Virus record (IMG/VR): IMGVR_UViG_3300010046_000001
Coordinates: 1 to 44,641 of that record
DNA length: 44,641 nt
Origin: a virus
Direction: 5' to 3' (one strand)
Shown piece after piece: positions 15,235 through 24,203 of this stretch. The position numbers were made by a program, and so were the translations under genes. Positions within the stretch are counted from its first letter, which is position 1. Every line of letters begins with the position of its first letter. Below the pieces are notes generated by a model. It was not told the DNA's origin. It searched no databases and was given only the letters and a program-made list of their open reading frames with translations.

Positions 15235-15835
15235 GCCCATCTACGTCCCCGAGTTTGATCCCGGAGCCCATGAGTACCGCTGGGAGGGGAAGGTCTACAT
15301 CGGGGCGACGAAGCTGCTGACCATCACGGGGCTGTGGGAATTCTTCCACGCGGACCCGGTGACGATGGCGGAGGCACTGAAGCGTGGGAAGCTCGTCCAC
15401 GCGGCGACTGTGCAGCGGGACGACGGCGAGCCTGTCACACTCGAGTCCGAGTACATGGGCTACCTGTGCGCCTACGATGCCTTCCGCGAGACGAATAGCT
15501 TCATGGCAAGCCCGAGCTGGACGGAGCTCCCGCTCTGCGATCCGGCGCTCGGGATCGCGGGCACTCCGGATCGTGTCGGCTACTTTGGACCGAAGCTCAC
15601 GGAGGCAGTGCTCGATATCAAGACCGGGGACGTTCATCCCTCGATCGGGATTCAGCTCGCCATCTACCGCCATCTGCTCGCGGTCAATGGCTTCCCCGTC
15701 GTTCACAGGCTCGGACTCCATCTCCGTGCCGACGGCACTTTCCGACTCTACGAATACACGGAACCCGGCGACCACGCCGCGTTCCTCGCAGCACTGGCGA
15801 TATACCGATGGCGACAGAAAGCACAGGCGGCTTGA
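15209..15835 (+). CDS. PD-(D/E)XK family exonuclease (about 208 aa)
   Basis: GTPDRV ... VLDIKTG ... IQLAIYRHLL, i.e. D...(D/E)xK...QxxxY. GTG 15209 is preferred because ATG 15155 would overlap the upstream gene by 80 nt. Confidence 0.65.
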   Translation: MRSRGAKGKPIYVPEFDPGAHEYRWEGKVYIGATKLLTITGLWEFFHADPVTMAEALKRGKLVHAATVQRDDGEPVTLESEYMGYLCAYDAFRETNSFMASPSWTELPLCDPALGIAGTPDRVGYFGPKLTEAVLDIKTGDVHPSIGIQLAIYRHLLAVNGFPVVHRLGLHLRADGTFRLYEYTEPGDHAAFLAALAIYRWRQKAQAA

Positions 15836-16509
15836 GCCTCCCAATACAGGAGCTCGCGACGAAGGCGGCGGAGTGGCCCGCTCGAGCGCGAGCGCTCACG
15901 ATCAACAGCCCGGAGCGCTACAGCGAGGCGGCGCAGCTCCTGACTGGCGTCAAAGCGCTGCTCAAGGAAATCGATGCATCGTGCTCCCCGGTCATCAAGG
16001 CGGCACTCGCCGCGCACCGCGCCGCGCTGGCGCAGAAGAAGCAGCTCGAGGAACCCCTGCTCGAGGCGGAGACGCTTATCAAGCGACTGATGGCGGAGTA
16101 CGTCCGAGCAGAGCAGTTCCGCCGAGAGCAGGAGCATGAGCGGCGCCTAGACGAGATGATCGAGCAGGCACGCGCCCAGCGTGCCCAGCAAGTGCAGGCG
16201 CTAGAAGCGGCAGGGGACACGGACCTAGCTGCCGCCGTCGCGGAGGCTCCGCTCCCGGCGCAACCGCTGGTGGAGGAAGCCCCGCCGACAGCGACAGGTA
16301 TCTCCATCCGGAAGATTTACCGGGCGGAAGTGACTGATTTTGCTGTACTAGTTCGGAGTGTCCATGAGGGACGCTGCCCGCTGAAGGTGCTGAAGGTGGA
16401 CATGACGGTTCTAAACAGCTTTGCTCGAGCCATGGGTCCGACGCTCAATTGGCCTGGTGTGACGGTCCACGAAGACGTCTCGATCAGCGCTCGCGCCGCT
16501 GAAGAGTAG
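15808..16509 (+). CDS. coiled-coil hypothetical protein of the recombination module (233 aa)
   Basis: ORF track. Position after the nuclease. Confidence 0.6.
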   Translation: MATESTGGLSLPIQELATKAAEWPARARALTINSPERYSEAAQLLTGVKALLKEIDASCSPVIKAALAAHRAALAQKKQLEEPLLEAETLIKRLMAEYVRAEQFRREQEHERRLDEMIEQARAQRAQQVQALEAAGDTDLAAAVAEAPLPAQPLVEEAPPTATGISIRKIYRAEVTDFAVLVRSVHEGRCPLKVLKVDMTVLNSFARAMGPTLNWPGVTVHEDVSISARAAEE

Positions 16510-16583
16510 TTGACCGTACCCTCTCGATTCGTCTAAGCGCTATCTAGGAACGGATCGCTAGCCGTTCCTCGTGGGAGGGAGCA

Positions 16584-16925
16584 ATGTGGTTCACTGACAG
16601 CAAGTTTGCCTTCTGTCGTGGTATCGCGAACCATGCGTGGCATTTCCCGCCAACCATGGAGTACCACGGGCGTCAGCTTAGGGTGACGCTCACATGCGAC
16701 CACTGCGGCACGAAGCGCAGAGATGGCGTCTCTGCGTTCAACGGAGAGGTGGCGGCGAGAAGCTATGACTACCCGGATGGGTACCTGCTTGACCTTGGCG
16801 GCAAGCGACGTCCCGAGAAGCACATCTTGAGACGCGACGGGCTGCAGCTTCTGATGGAAGAACTGAACACGCCGAAGCGCGCAATGGTCGTTCCAATGCG
16901 TAGAAAGCGAAGGAAGGTCGCATGA
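16584..16925 (+). CDS. hypothetical protein (113 aa, basic tail)
   Basis: GGGAGGGAG RBS before ATG 16584. Confidence 0.6.
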   Translation: MWFTDSKFAFCRGIANHAWHFPPTMEYHGRQLRVTLTCDHCGTKRRDGVSAFNGEVAARSYDYPDGYLLDLGGKRRPEKHILRRDGLQLLMEELNTPKRAMVVPMRRKRRKVA

Positions 16926-17593
16926 GCGTCAAGAAGATTTTAGTCTGTGATCGGCACGGCGGCGAGCATCCGGCAGTGACCACCGTCTGGATGAAATGGG
17001 CTGGCATGCCACGCATCAGACGTTGGGACGTCTGCGCGGAAGGCTTCGAGCTCATTACCGGCGTTCCCATGAACGGACGTCCGGCACTCCCGGCGCCGCT
17101 TGCGGAGCCATCCGACGCTCGCCGACGCGGGATCGGTACGACCGCTGGGAGCGACACCGCGAAGCTCATGCGTGGCTTCGAAGCGTTCTTGGCGAAGACG
17201 AAGCGTCGTTTCGCATTAGACGAAGCGGCGCAGAGTATCTCCACGGCTGGACTCAAGCATACGAAGAACCCCGGCGACATGCTGAAACGCTTGAACCCGA
17301 TCATCCGCGTGATGATCCGGAACGGCATGGTGGAGCGGCACGGTAACTTCGGTGTCTACTCCGTCAAAGGCACTCCGCCGCCTCCCAAGGTAACGACGCC
17401 TGCCGAGATAGCACAGGTAGTCGCGAAGGAGATTCGAACGATCCCCGGGGTCCGTGTTGCCTACCTGTCGGCACTGCTCGATCTGGAGGCGCCGGTCATC
17501 AAGAAGATCGTCCGGCAGCTCTGCGACATGGGCATGATCCGGACGAAGGGACAACGCTCTTCGAGTCGCGCCTATCCGGTGACGAAGAGCTAG
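16922..17593 (+). CDS. putative DNA-binding protein with winged-helix-like C-terminal half (223 aa)
   Basis: ATGA coupling upstream. N-terminus KKILVCDRHGGEHPAVTTVWMKWAG...WDVCAEGFELI is Lsr2-N-like in pattern. C-terminus PVIKKIVRQLCDMGMIRTKG is wHTH-like. Confidence 0.5.
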   Translation: MSVKKILVCDRHGGEHPAVTTVWMKWAGMPRIRRWDVCAEGFELITGVPMNGRPALPAPLAEPSDARRRGIGTTAGSDTAKLMRGFEAFLAKTKRRFALDEAAQSISTAGLKHTKNPGDMLKRLNPIIRVMIRNGMVERHGNFGVYSVKGTPPPPKVTTPAEIAQVVAKEIRTIPGVRVAYLSALLDLEAPVIKKIVRQLCDMGMIRTKGQRSSSRAYPVTKS

Positions 17594-19080
17594 GGGTTCC
17601 GGTTCAGGAACGCCTGTCCGATCGCTTCGGGGTTGGCTGGCGTCTGATTCATCCCGGCGTGGCTCGCGATCAGCGTCCCGAGCTGTGCGAGTGCTGCTCT
17701 CCCTCCCGGCGTTCGTGCCGCCGTCATGAGTGTATCCGCGTACTGTCCGCCGAGACCGCCGAGTACCGCCATGGCGAGCGTATTGGCGTAGTCGCCCTTC
17801 GTCGCGGTTCCTTCCTTGACACGGGACATGAGCTCGGGACCGCCACCGTAGGTAGCCCCGCTGAGAGCGCCGATAAGCTGCCGCCCACTGAGACCAGCCA
17901 AGGACTGCGGCTTCCGCCACGCAGACACGCGTCCTCTCTGCGTGGTCAGGTCTAGTACCTCCGGAATGCCCTGTCCTTCCTCCGCTAGATTCTCCGCCCG
18001 TCCGGCGAGTGTCGCTGGTGACACGCGGCCCCGAACCATCGGCTGCATGATCTCGCCGCGTGTCGGCGTGACTTTAGTCGCCCAGTCGCGCATGGCGGCA
18101 TCCAGCCGGTGTTCCATGCCGGTGCCTTCGAGTGCGGCACGCTGACCCTTCCGGACGGCTCCGACGGTATCCTCTAATTGCTGCGCGGCGAATTGGTCGG
18201 TGTAGGCGAGCTTCTTCGGATCGGGCATCCCAGTCCGGAGGAAGCGATGATAATCTTCTAGGTCTTCGTAGGGGATCGGCTTGCCGGACTGCAGATCGTT
18301 CCGCAGATTACTCAGGATGCGCGCCTTCTTCGTGGACAGATTCGGTCCTACCATCCTGTTCAGGTCATCGATGTTATCCGCCAGCTCCTGATAGGCTGGA
18401 TGGCTGGGATCGAGTGCGAGCCCTTGATTCTTCGCATCTGTCACCAGATCATCGAAGACCTTCGAGACCTTGCCGCTCTCCGCACCATATGTCGCCTTGG
18501 TTTCACCCTTGAGCCACTTGCTATACTTGGCGAGCCCCTTTTCGGTCCCTGCGTATGCCGCCTTCGCGAGTGGCCCGCCCATCTCGACTACGTTACCGCC
18601 GATCCGTGCCGCCTGCGGACTGGCGCCTGCCGCCTCGAGACCGGCTTGCGTACCGACGCCTGCGAGCGTCCAGCCAGGCGCCACGACCGGTGCCGTAGCC
18701 TGTGCAACGTCCAGTCCTTGCCGAAGGAATTCGCTCGGAATGTTCTTCACCGATAGGCGATCGATGTCCTGCTGGATCGCCGCTCTCCGCTCTTCATCCG
18801 TCCCGAAGAATTCCTTCTTGAGATTGGGCACGTTGAAGAAATCGGACAGCCCTTGCTTGACCGGAGTGATGATCCGCTCGTCTACGGCACGATTGAGCGG
18901 TGCCAGGAACCCGGGTTGGCTGGTCGGCGTCTGCGTCGTGGATGTCTGAACCAGGCTCGAACCCTGCGGCTCGAGCACCTTCCGCACCTCATCGTCGCTG
19001 GTGCCTGCAGGCACCTTCAGGGTCTTCAGCTCGCCATTCGGGTTCTGGAAATCGACGTAGCGCCAGGGTTCATCAGCCAT
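17590..19080 (-). CDS. virion-associated (internal/ejection?) protein (496 aa)
   Basis: Start 1 nt after the stop of the 885-aa gene (TAAGATGGC junction). Last gene of the structural operon. Confidence 0.55.
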   Translation of the reverse strand: MADEPWRYVDFQNPNGELKTLKVPAGTSDDEVRKVLEPQGSSLVQTSTTQTPTSQPGFLAPLNRAVDERIITPVKQGLSDFFNVPNLKKEFFGTDEERRAAIQQDIDRLSVKNIPSEFLRQGLDVAQATAPVVAPGWTLAGVGTQAGLEAAGASPQAARIGGNVVEMGGPLAKAAYAGTEKGLAKYSKWLKGETKATYGAESGKVSKVFDDLVTDAKNQGLALDPSHPAYQELADNIDDLNRMVGPNLSTKKARILSNLRNDLQSGKPIPYEDLEDYHRFLRTGMPDPKKLAYTDQFAAQQLEDTVGAVRKGQRAALEGTGMEHRLDAAMRDWATKVTPTRGEIMQPMVRGRVSPATLAGRAENLAEEGQGIPEVLDLTTQRGRVSAWRKPQSLAGLSGRQLIGALSGATYGGGPELMSRVKEGTATKGDYANTLAMAVLGGLGGQYADTLMTAARTPGGRAALAQLGTLIASHAGMNQTPANPEAIGQAFLNRNP

Positions 19081-19081
19081 C

Positions 19082-21739
19082 TTACTGAGGCTCCATGATT
19101 TCCCAGCCTTCGGGCACATCGACCCCGTGTCGCTGGATATTCTGTTGCCGTTGGTCTTCGGGTGTTCGCGGTCCCTTCTCGTTCCCGCCCTGTGAAATCA
19201 GTTCCCTCTGAATGTTCTGGACGAGCTCCGTCGCCTGCTTCACCTTCACTGCCGCCGACGCGACGGTGTCTTCCCCGGGAATCGGGATCAGACCCTTCAG
19301 ACGCTGTTGCTCCTGCACCGGCACGCGGCCCGTCTCGCCGAGAGCTTTGGCAAGGTTCGTGAGTCCCGCCTGTGCTTGCTCGAGCAGGCTCGCCGCCTCG
19401 TCTCCCGTGCGCCGCTTCCACTCGACATACCCAGCGGAGAAGATCGGAATCGACGCTGCGACGGGATCGGTCGCGAGTGCATCGATCGCGCGCATGGGCG
19501 TCCCGTCCGGGTTGACCTTGTTCTTCGGCTGTCCGGTCCTAGGATCGATCACGTAGTCTGCCGTCTTCGGGTCGATCTGGCGGACGGGTTCGGTCAACCG
19601 CTTCAGCCAGATTTCGGCAATCTTCGCACGGGCGAGCTGCCCGTTCAGTCCCGGGTCGTTCTTGTATTTCTGCAGATAGCGGACGACGTCGTCGGCTTGG
19701 TCACGGGTCAGTTCAGTTCCGGGCTTGTTCCCGGTTGCGTAGATTGCTAGGTCGATCGAGGTCAGGGGGCGCCCGGTAATCTTCTCCTGGCGGACCGCGT
19801 CTTCGGCTTGCTGCAATTGCTCGTTGGTCAGATCGCTGGTCCCGAACATGATCCGACCCTTGGTCATAATCTCCGGGTCGCGCTTCGCGAGCTCGGGATC
19901 GGTGTAGGTGATCTTCCCGGCGCCCGTGTCGATTTCCTTCTTCGTCGGCTGAAGCGCGGTCCCACCACCAGGCGCAGCCTGCGGCACCGCAGTCGCGATC
20001 GGGCGTCCAGCAGCGTCGGTCACAACGCCTGTCTCGGCTTCCGCGTACTGCGGTCCGGGCGGAGGCTGACCCACCATGCCTTCGGGCTGGCGCGCAACTT
20101 GGACCGGTGGCTGGCGCCCCCCGGCACGGTCACCGCGAATGGCGGCAGTGATAGTGGCGCCTTCATTCGCCTGCTTGTGACCCGGGTTCACCTCTCCGTG
20201 TCCGTAGACGGGCACATCGGGATAGTTGTTCGCGATGAACCGGCGCGCAGACGCGATCTGTGCCGGTGTGATATCGCCATCGTCTCGCGCTACCACCTCC
20301 ATGCCGATCGCGTTCTTGTTCGAGAGCCCGGGGGCATCGCCGCCCCATTTGTCGTTCGGCTGGATATGTGACGAGCCTGCTCCGCCATAGGCATAGATCG
20401 TCCCGTCACGGTCCATCAGATACTGCGACCCGAGCCCGCGATCCCTGAGTGTCGCAACGAGCTGATTCAGCGACGTGCCGCCCGAGTGATGGAAGACGAA
20501 GCCTTTAGCACCCTTGTAGATTGGTAGGTCGGATTCGTCTACCTTCTGCAGCACCGGGGTCTGCTGCTGATCCTTGCCCGCGAGAACAGAGCGATACTGC
20601 GCTGCCCGCTGCAGGATCGCCTGTACGGGGTAGTTCGGGTCGCCGCCTCCGTTGTATGCCCGGACTGCGTCGGCCCAGCTCCCAGTCTTCTTGTACAGGT
20701 CCGACAGCATGTGTGCTGTGCCTTCGATGTTCGACCCGGCATCGCCACGATCGACGCCGTACTGCGCCGCCGTCTCCGGTATGAACTGCCCGAGTCCGAA
20801 CGAGTGAGCGGATTGAGCCGATGGATCGAAGCTGGATTCGTGCTCATGTACCGAACGGACGAGCCCGATCGGCACATTCCATTTCTGTTCCGCTGCCGTG
20901 TAGCGAGGATCGTAGGCACTGACCCGTCCAGGCTGCACTGGATCGTCCGGCAGGGACATGCGGCCGAAATGACCGCGTCCGCCCATACCCCCGCCTGGTT
21001 CTGTAGTGCCTCCCGTGCCGCTGCCCGGACCCTGGTCCGGTGCCGGGGGAACCGGTACCTGCTCGTTCGGGTCCGTATGCGTCCGATTCCACTCGAGTGC
21101 CCTATCGTGTGCTTCCTGCTGCTTCGTCCGCTGCGTCACGTCCACGCGGGCACCGGTCTGCGCCCCCGTCATCTCAATCATCTGTTGCTTGATGAAATCG
21201 TATCGCCGGGGGTCATTCTGCCCGTAGCCGCGTCGGTCCGCTTCCGCACCAGCCAGCTCGATCAGATTCTTCGGCGAGCCTGGGAACACCTCATCATACT
21301 TACCGAGCCGTATCTTAGCGGCTTTCTTCACATAGTCCGGGTCATCCTTCGGAATTGTGCTGATAAGCGATTCCCGCGCGGCGCCTTCCTCGAGGTCTTT
21401 TATCTCAGTCGGCCCGAAGCGCGGCGGCTTGACGGGCGCCCCGAGAATGCCCGAGAGCACCGCACCGGTCTTGGACACGCCGGACAGAATCTTGCCCATG
21501 ACGCCCGTGCCGCCGATCGGCTGCGGATTGTCTTCCCCGGGCATGACCGTATTGAGCTGTTCTTCCGGCACGCCCATGGAGCGCGCGACCGCTCGCATCT
21601 GTGCCGTGCCGACGCGGTCCTGGTACGCCTGCTCGGGCGCCTTCATCAGATTGGCGAGTATGGAGAGCCCAAGCTGATCGTCGCTTCCGAGATGCGGAGG
21701 GGAGAGCGAGGGCCAGGAGAAATGGAGCTCGTTCGCCAT
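19082..21739 (-). CDS. internal virion / ejection protein with lytic transglycosylase (SLT) and N-acetylmuramoyl-L-alanine amidase (Amidase_2-like) domains (885 aa)
   Basis: HEHESSFDP...GLGQF...AYNGG (SLT, approx nt 20624-20893). FHHSGG...AIGMEVV...GHGEVNPGHK (amidase-like, approx nt 20159-20512). Confidence 0.85.
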   Translation of the reverse strand: MANELHFSWPSLSPPHLGSDDQLGLSILANLMKAPEQAYQDRVGTAQMRAVARSMGVPEEQLNTVMPGEDNPQPIGGTGVMGKILSGVSKTGAVLSGILGAPVKPPRFGPTEIKDLEEGAARESLISTIPKDDPDYVKKAAKIRLGKYDEVFPGSPKNLIELAGAEADRRGYGQNDPRRYDFIKQQMIEMTGAQTGARVDVTQRTKQQEAHDRALEWNRTHTDPNEQVPVPPAPDQGPGSGTGGTTEPGGGMGGRGHFGRMSLPDDPVQPGRVSAYDPRYTAAEQKWNVPIGLVRSVHEHESSFDPSAQSAHSFGLGQFIPETAAQYGVDRGDAGSNIEGTAHMLSDLYKKTGSWADAVRAYNGGGDPNYPVQAILQRAAQYRSVLAGKDQQQTPVLQKVDESDLPIYKGAKGFVFHHSGGTSLNQLVATLRDRGLGSQYLMDRDGTIYAYGGAGSSHIQPNDKWGGDAPGLSNKNAIGMEVVARDDGDITPAQIASARRFIANNYPDVPVYGHGEVNPGHKQANEGATITAAIRGDRAGGRQPPVQVARQPEGMVGQPPPGPQYAEAETGVVTDAAGRPIATAVPQAAPGGGTALQPTKKEIDTGAGKITYTDPELAKRDPEIMTKGRIMFGTSDLTNEQLQQAEDAVRQEKITGRPLTSIDLAIYATGNKPGTELTRDQADDVVRYLQKYKNDPGLNGQLARAKIAEIWLKRLTEPVRQIDPKTADYVIDPRTGQPKNKVNPDGTPMRAIDALATDPVAASIPIFSAGYVEWKRRTGDEAASLLEQAQAGLTNLAKALGETGRVPVQEQQRLKGLIPIPGEDTVASAAVKVKQATELVQNIQRELISQGGNEKGPRTPEDQRQQNIQRHGVDVPEGWEIMEPQ

Positions 21740-22644
21740 TACATCCCGAGGAAGCCGCTACCCGTTTGCTGCTGCTGACTGTAGGTGCCCTGACCCGCTT
21801 GCTGCGTGTAGAGCCCCAAGATGTTCGCAATCAGGTTGGCGTTCGGGATTCCCTGTTCCATGCTGCCGACTGCTCCGAGAATCTGCCCGAGATTTCCCAT
21901 GCCCTGCGTCGCCTGAATCTGGTTCTGCTGCCCCTGAAGCTGCTGCTGTCCGGCGCCGAGAAACGCCTGCAGTGCCCGGGTCGCGTCGTCGCCCCGTGCC
22001 GTCTGCCCGAGCTGCGAGAGGTACTGCCCAAGCTGCGTATTCATCTGCGCCGTGGCGGTTCCTTCGGCGAGTGCTTCCTGCGCGCTCGTGCCCATCCCGC
22101 CGCCTCCGTAGGTGTTGCGGATATCGGCAAGGTTCTTCGAAAGGTTCTGAGTCGCCGCTGCCTTTGCGGTCTCGAGCGGATTGTCGCCGTACCATTTCTG
22201 CAGGTCGAAGGGCTGACCTTGTCCGTACTGGCTGGTGAGCGCTCCTGAGAAGGTCGGCGGAGGTGGCGGTGCGGCTGCAGGCGTGGTCGGCGGCGCGGCA
22301 GCAGGCGGTTGTCCACCTCCGCCACCTCCACCACTTGGCTTATTGGCGCCCGTCGCTCCCGAACCCTGCGGCGGCGCGGCGGGCTGCTGTGCGCCGCCTC
22401 CGAGCAGATTCGTCGCACGCTGCTGCTGCTGCGGGTTCCCAGCCTGCAGCTTATTGATGTGCTGCTGGACTCCCTGATGCTGTTGCAGGTACTGCTGCTG
22501 GTTCCCGGCAGTGGTCGCTTGCTGTAGCCCCGTTCGTTGCGCTTGCGTGAGCGGCTGAAGGTGCGCCGCCGTAATGGGTTTCGGTGCTGGGGCGGGTCTC
22601 GGTGCTGGTGCTGCTTGCGGTCTTGGCGCGGGTCTCTTCGCCAT
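21739..22644 (-). CDS. low-complexity Q/G/A/P-rich protein (301 aa)
   Basis: TAAGATGGC junction upstream and TAATG overlap downstream. PAPRPQAAPAPRPAPAPKP, then Q/G-rich. Confidence 0.6.
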   Translation of the reverse strand: MAKRPAPRPQAAPAPRPAPAPKPITAAHLQPLTQAQRTGLQQATTAGNQQQYLQQHQGVQQHINKLQAGNPQQQQRATNLLGGGAQQPAAPPQGSGATGANKPSGGGGGGGQPPAAAPPTTPAAAPPPPPTFSGALTSQYGQGQPFDLQKWYGDNPLETAKAAATQNLSKNLADIRNTYGGGGMGTSAQEALAEGTATAQMNTQLGQYLSQLGQTARGDDATRALQAFLGAGQQQLQGQQNQIQATQGMGNLGQILGAVGSMEQGIPNANLIANILGLYTQQAGQGTYSQQQQTGSGFLGM

Positions 22645-22645
22645 C

Positions 22646-23485
22646 TTAGAACCCCTGTCCGCCTCCGCCAGCGAAGGCACGCTGAATCATCTGCATGAGG
22701 TTCTGTTGCTGCTGCTGCGGCATGCCCTGCATAACGCCGCCCATCTGACCAAGCACATTCTGCATGCCCCCGAGCTGTCCTGGCTGCGCCTGATTCCACG
22801 CATTTGCCATGAACTGGGGATTCCGCGCATTCGCCTGTGCCATCTGTTGCGCGGGGCTTCCCTGATAGGCAGCCATTGCTGCTTGCTGGGCTGGGGACAT
22901 TGGCTGCATGGTCGCGGTCTGCATGAGCGGATTGTATCCGCCCTGTTGCGGTTGCTGCGCGCCAGCGGCAACGTTCTGCACGAATCCCGGCTGACCTAAT
23001 TGCGGTTGCTGCTGGACGCCGCCCTGCTGTCCCGCGCCCGTTCCGCTCGTCCAGCCAGGGCCGCTCATTTGCCCACCGTAGCCCGCTCCGCCGCCCGGTT
23101 GTCCGCCGCCCATGCCGCCCGGTCCCATCCCAGTACGGGACTCCATCCCGCCTCCGCCGCCTTGTCCACCAGCCTTCGCCCCTCCCCCGCCCTGCGGTGC
23201 TCCCTGCGCTGGACCACCTCCGGGAGCACCCGGTTGCAGCGGCTGGAACCGTCTCGCGGCATTCGGCGCCATCTGTCCCGCACCGACAAAATTCCCGATG
23301 TTGGTCGCTTGCTGGGAATTGGGGTTCACCTGATTGACCCGTCGCGCGACGTTTGGATGCGCTCCGAGCCACTGTGAACCGCCCCCCGGTTGCTGCGCTG
23401 CCTGCGCGAAGCGGTTCTGCTGCTGGCGATTCAGCCCGAGTCCGAGCCCGAGTCCTTGTCCGCCACCACCTCGAGGTCTAGGCAT
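22646..23485 (-). CDS. low-complexity G/Q-rich protein (279 aa)
   Basis: MPRPRGGGGQGLGLGLGL..., GGQGGGGGM..., QQQQQNLMQMIQ. Tightly packed in the operon. Confidence 0.6.
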   Translation of the reverse strand: MPRPRGGGGQGLGLGLGLNRQQQNRFAQAAQQPGGGSQWLGAHPNVARRVNQVNPNSQQATNIGNFVGAGQMAPNAARRFQPLQPGAPGGGPAQGAPQGGGGAKAGGQGGGGGMESRTGMGPGGMGGGQPGGGAGYGGQMSGPGWTSGTGAGQQGGVQQQPQLGQPGFVQNVAAGAQQPQQGGYNPLMQTATMQPMSPAQQAAMAAYQGSPAQQMAQANARNPQFMANAWNQAQPGQLGGMQNVLGQMGGVMQGMPQQQQQNLMQMIQRAFAGGGGQGF

Positions 23486-23488
23486 CGC

Positions 23489-24199
23489 TCACCCCTGCAT
23501 GTTGAAGGCTTGCATGATCGCAAGCCGTTGCTGATCCGGATCGAGCTGCGGACGGCGGCTAGGTCCGAGCGAGAGTCCCGTCTGCGGCGCCCCAAGCATC
23601 GAGTGCGTCTGAACGGGACCGCCCCCGCCCAAACCGCCCACCATATTGCCGACACCCTTGAGAATACCGCCGATCATGTTCAGCGGCGTTTCATTCTCTC
23701 CAAGGTCAGGCTGCTTCCCCTGCAATTGGTCGAGGCCGCTTTTGATCTTGGTGAGCATCTGCGTAAAGCCGCTTCTGGTGCTGGGCGTAACCGTGCTGAC
23801 CGGCGTATCCGTCCCAACCATCGAAGACGTCTCCGGTGATCCACCAGGCACAAGCAATTGACCCCCAGCTCCGCCTGCTCCCGGCGCACCCGATAGGGCA
23901 TTGGCAGTCGCCAGCGCAGGACTTGATATCGCTGGTGCCGCTGCTGCGGCTGGTGCCGCCGCTGCTGCCGCTGGCGCCGCCATCGCCGCTGGCGCCGCCA
24001 TCGCTTCTGGCGCCATGCTGGCGCCGAGTCCAGCCCCGAGTGTCGCGCCGCCTGCGCCTGCGCCTGCGGCGCCTGCTGCCTCTGCGGCACTCGCGGCGGT
24101 TGCGGCTTCCGCTGCGCCTGCGCCTGCCGCTGCACCGGCGCCTGCTGCACCGGCTGCGCCTGCGCCGCCTGCACCTAGCAATGCTGCGAACCACGGCAT
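23489..24199 (-). CDS. Ala/Gly-rich protein with an ordinary-complexity C-terminal half (236 aa)
   Basis: MPWFAALLGAGGAGAAGAAGAG... . The antisense plus-strand ORF 23901..24353 is the GCN/NGC mirror. Confidence 0.55.
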   Translation of the reverse strand: MPWFAALLGAGGAGAAGAAGAGAAAGAGAAEAATAASAAEAAGAAGAGAGGATLGAGLGASMAPEAMAAPAAMAAPAAAAAAPAAAAAPAISSPALATANALSGAPGAGGAGGQLLVPGGSPETSSMVGTDTPVSTVTPSTRSGFTQMLTKIKSGLDQLQGKQPDLGENETPLNMIGGILKGVGNMVGGLGGGGPVQTHSMLGAPQTGLSLGPSRRPQLDPDQQRLAIMQAFNMQG

Positions 24200-24203
24200 G
24201 GCA

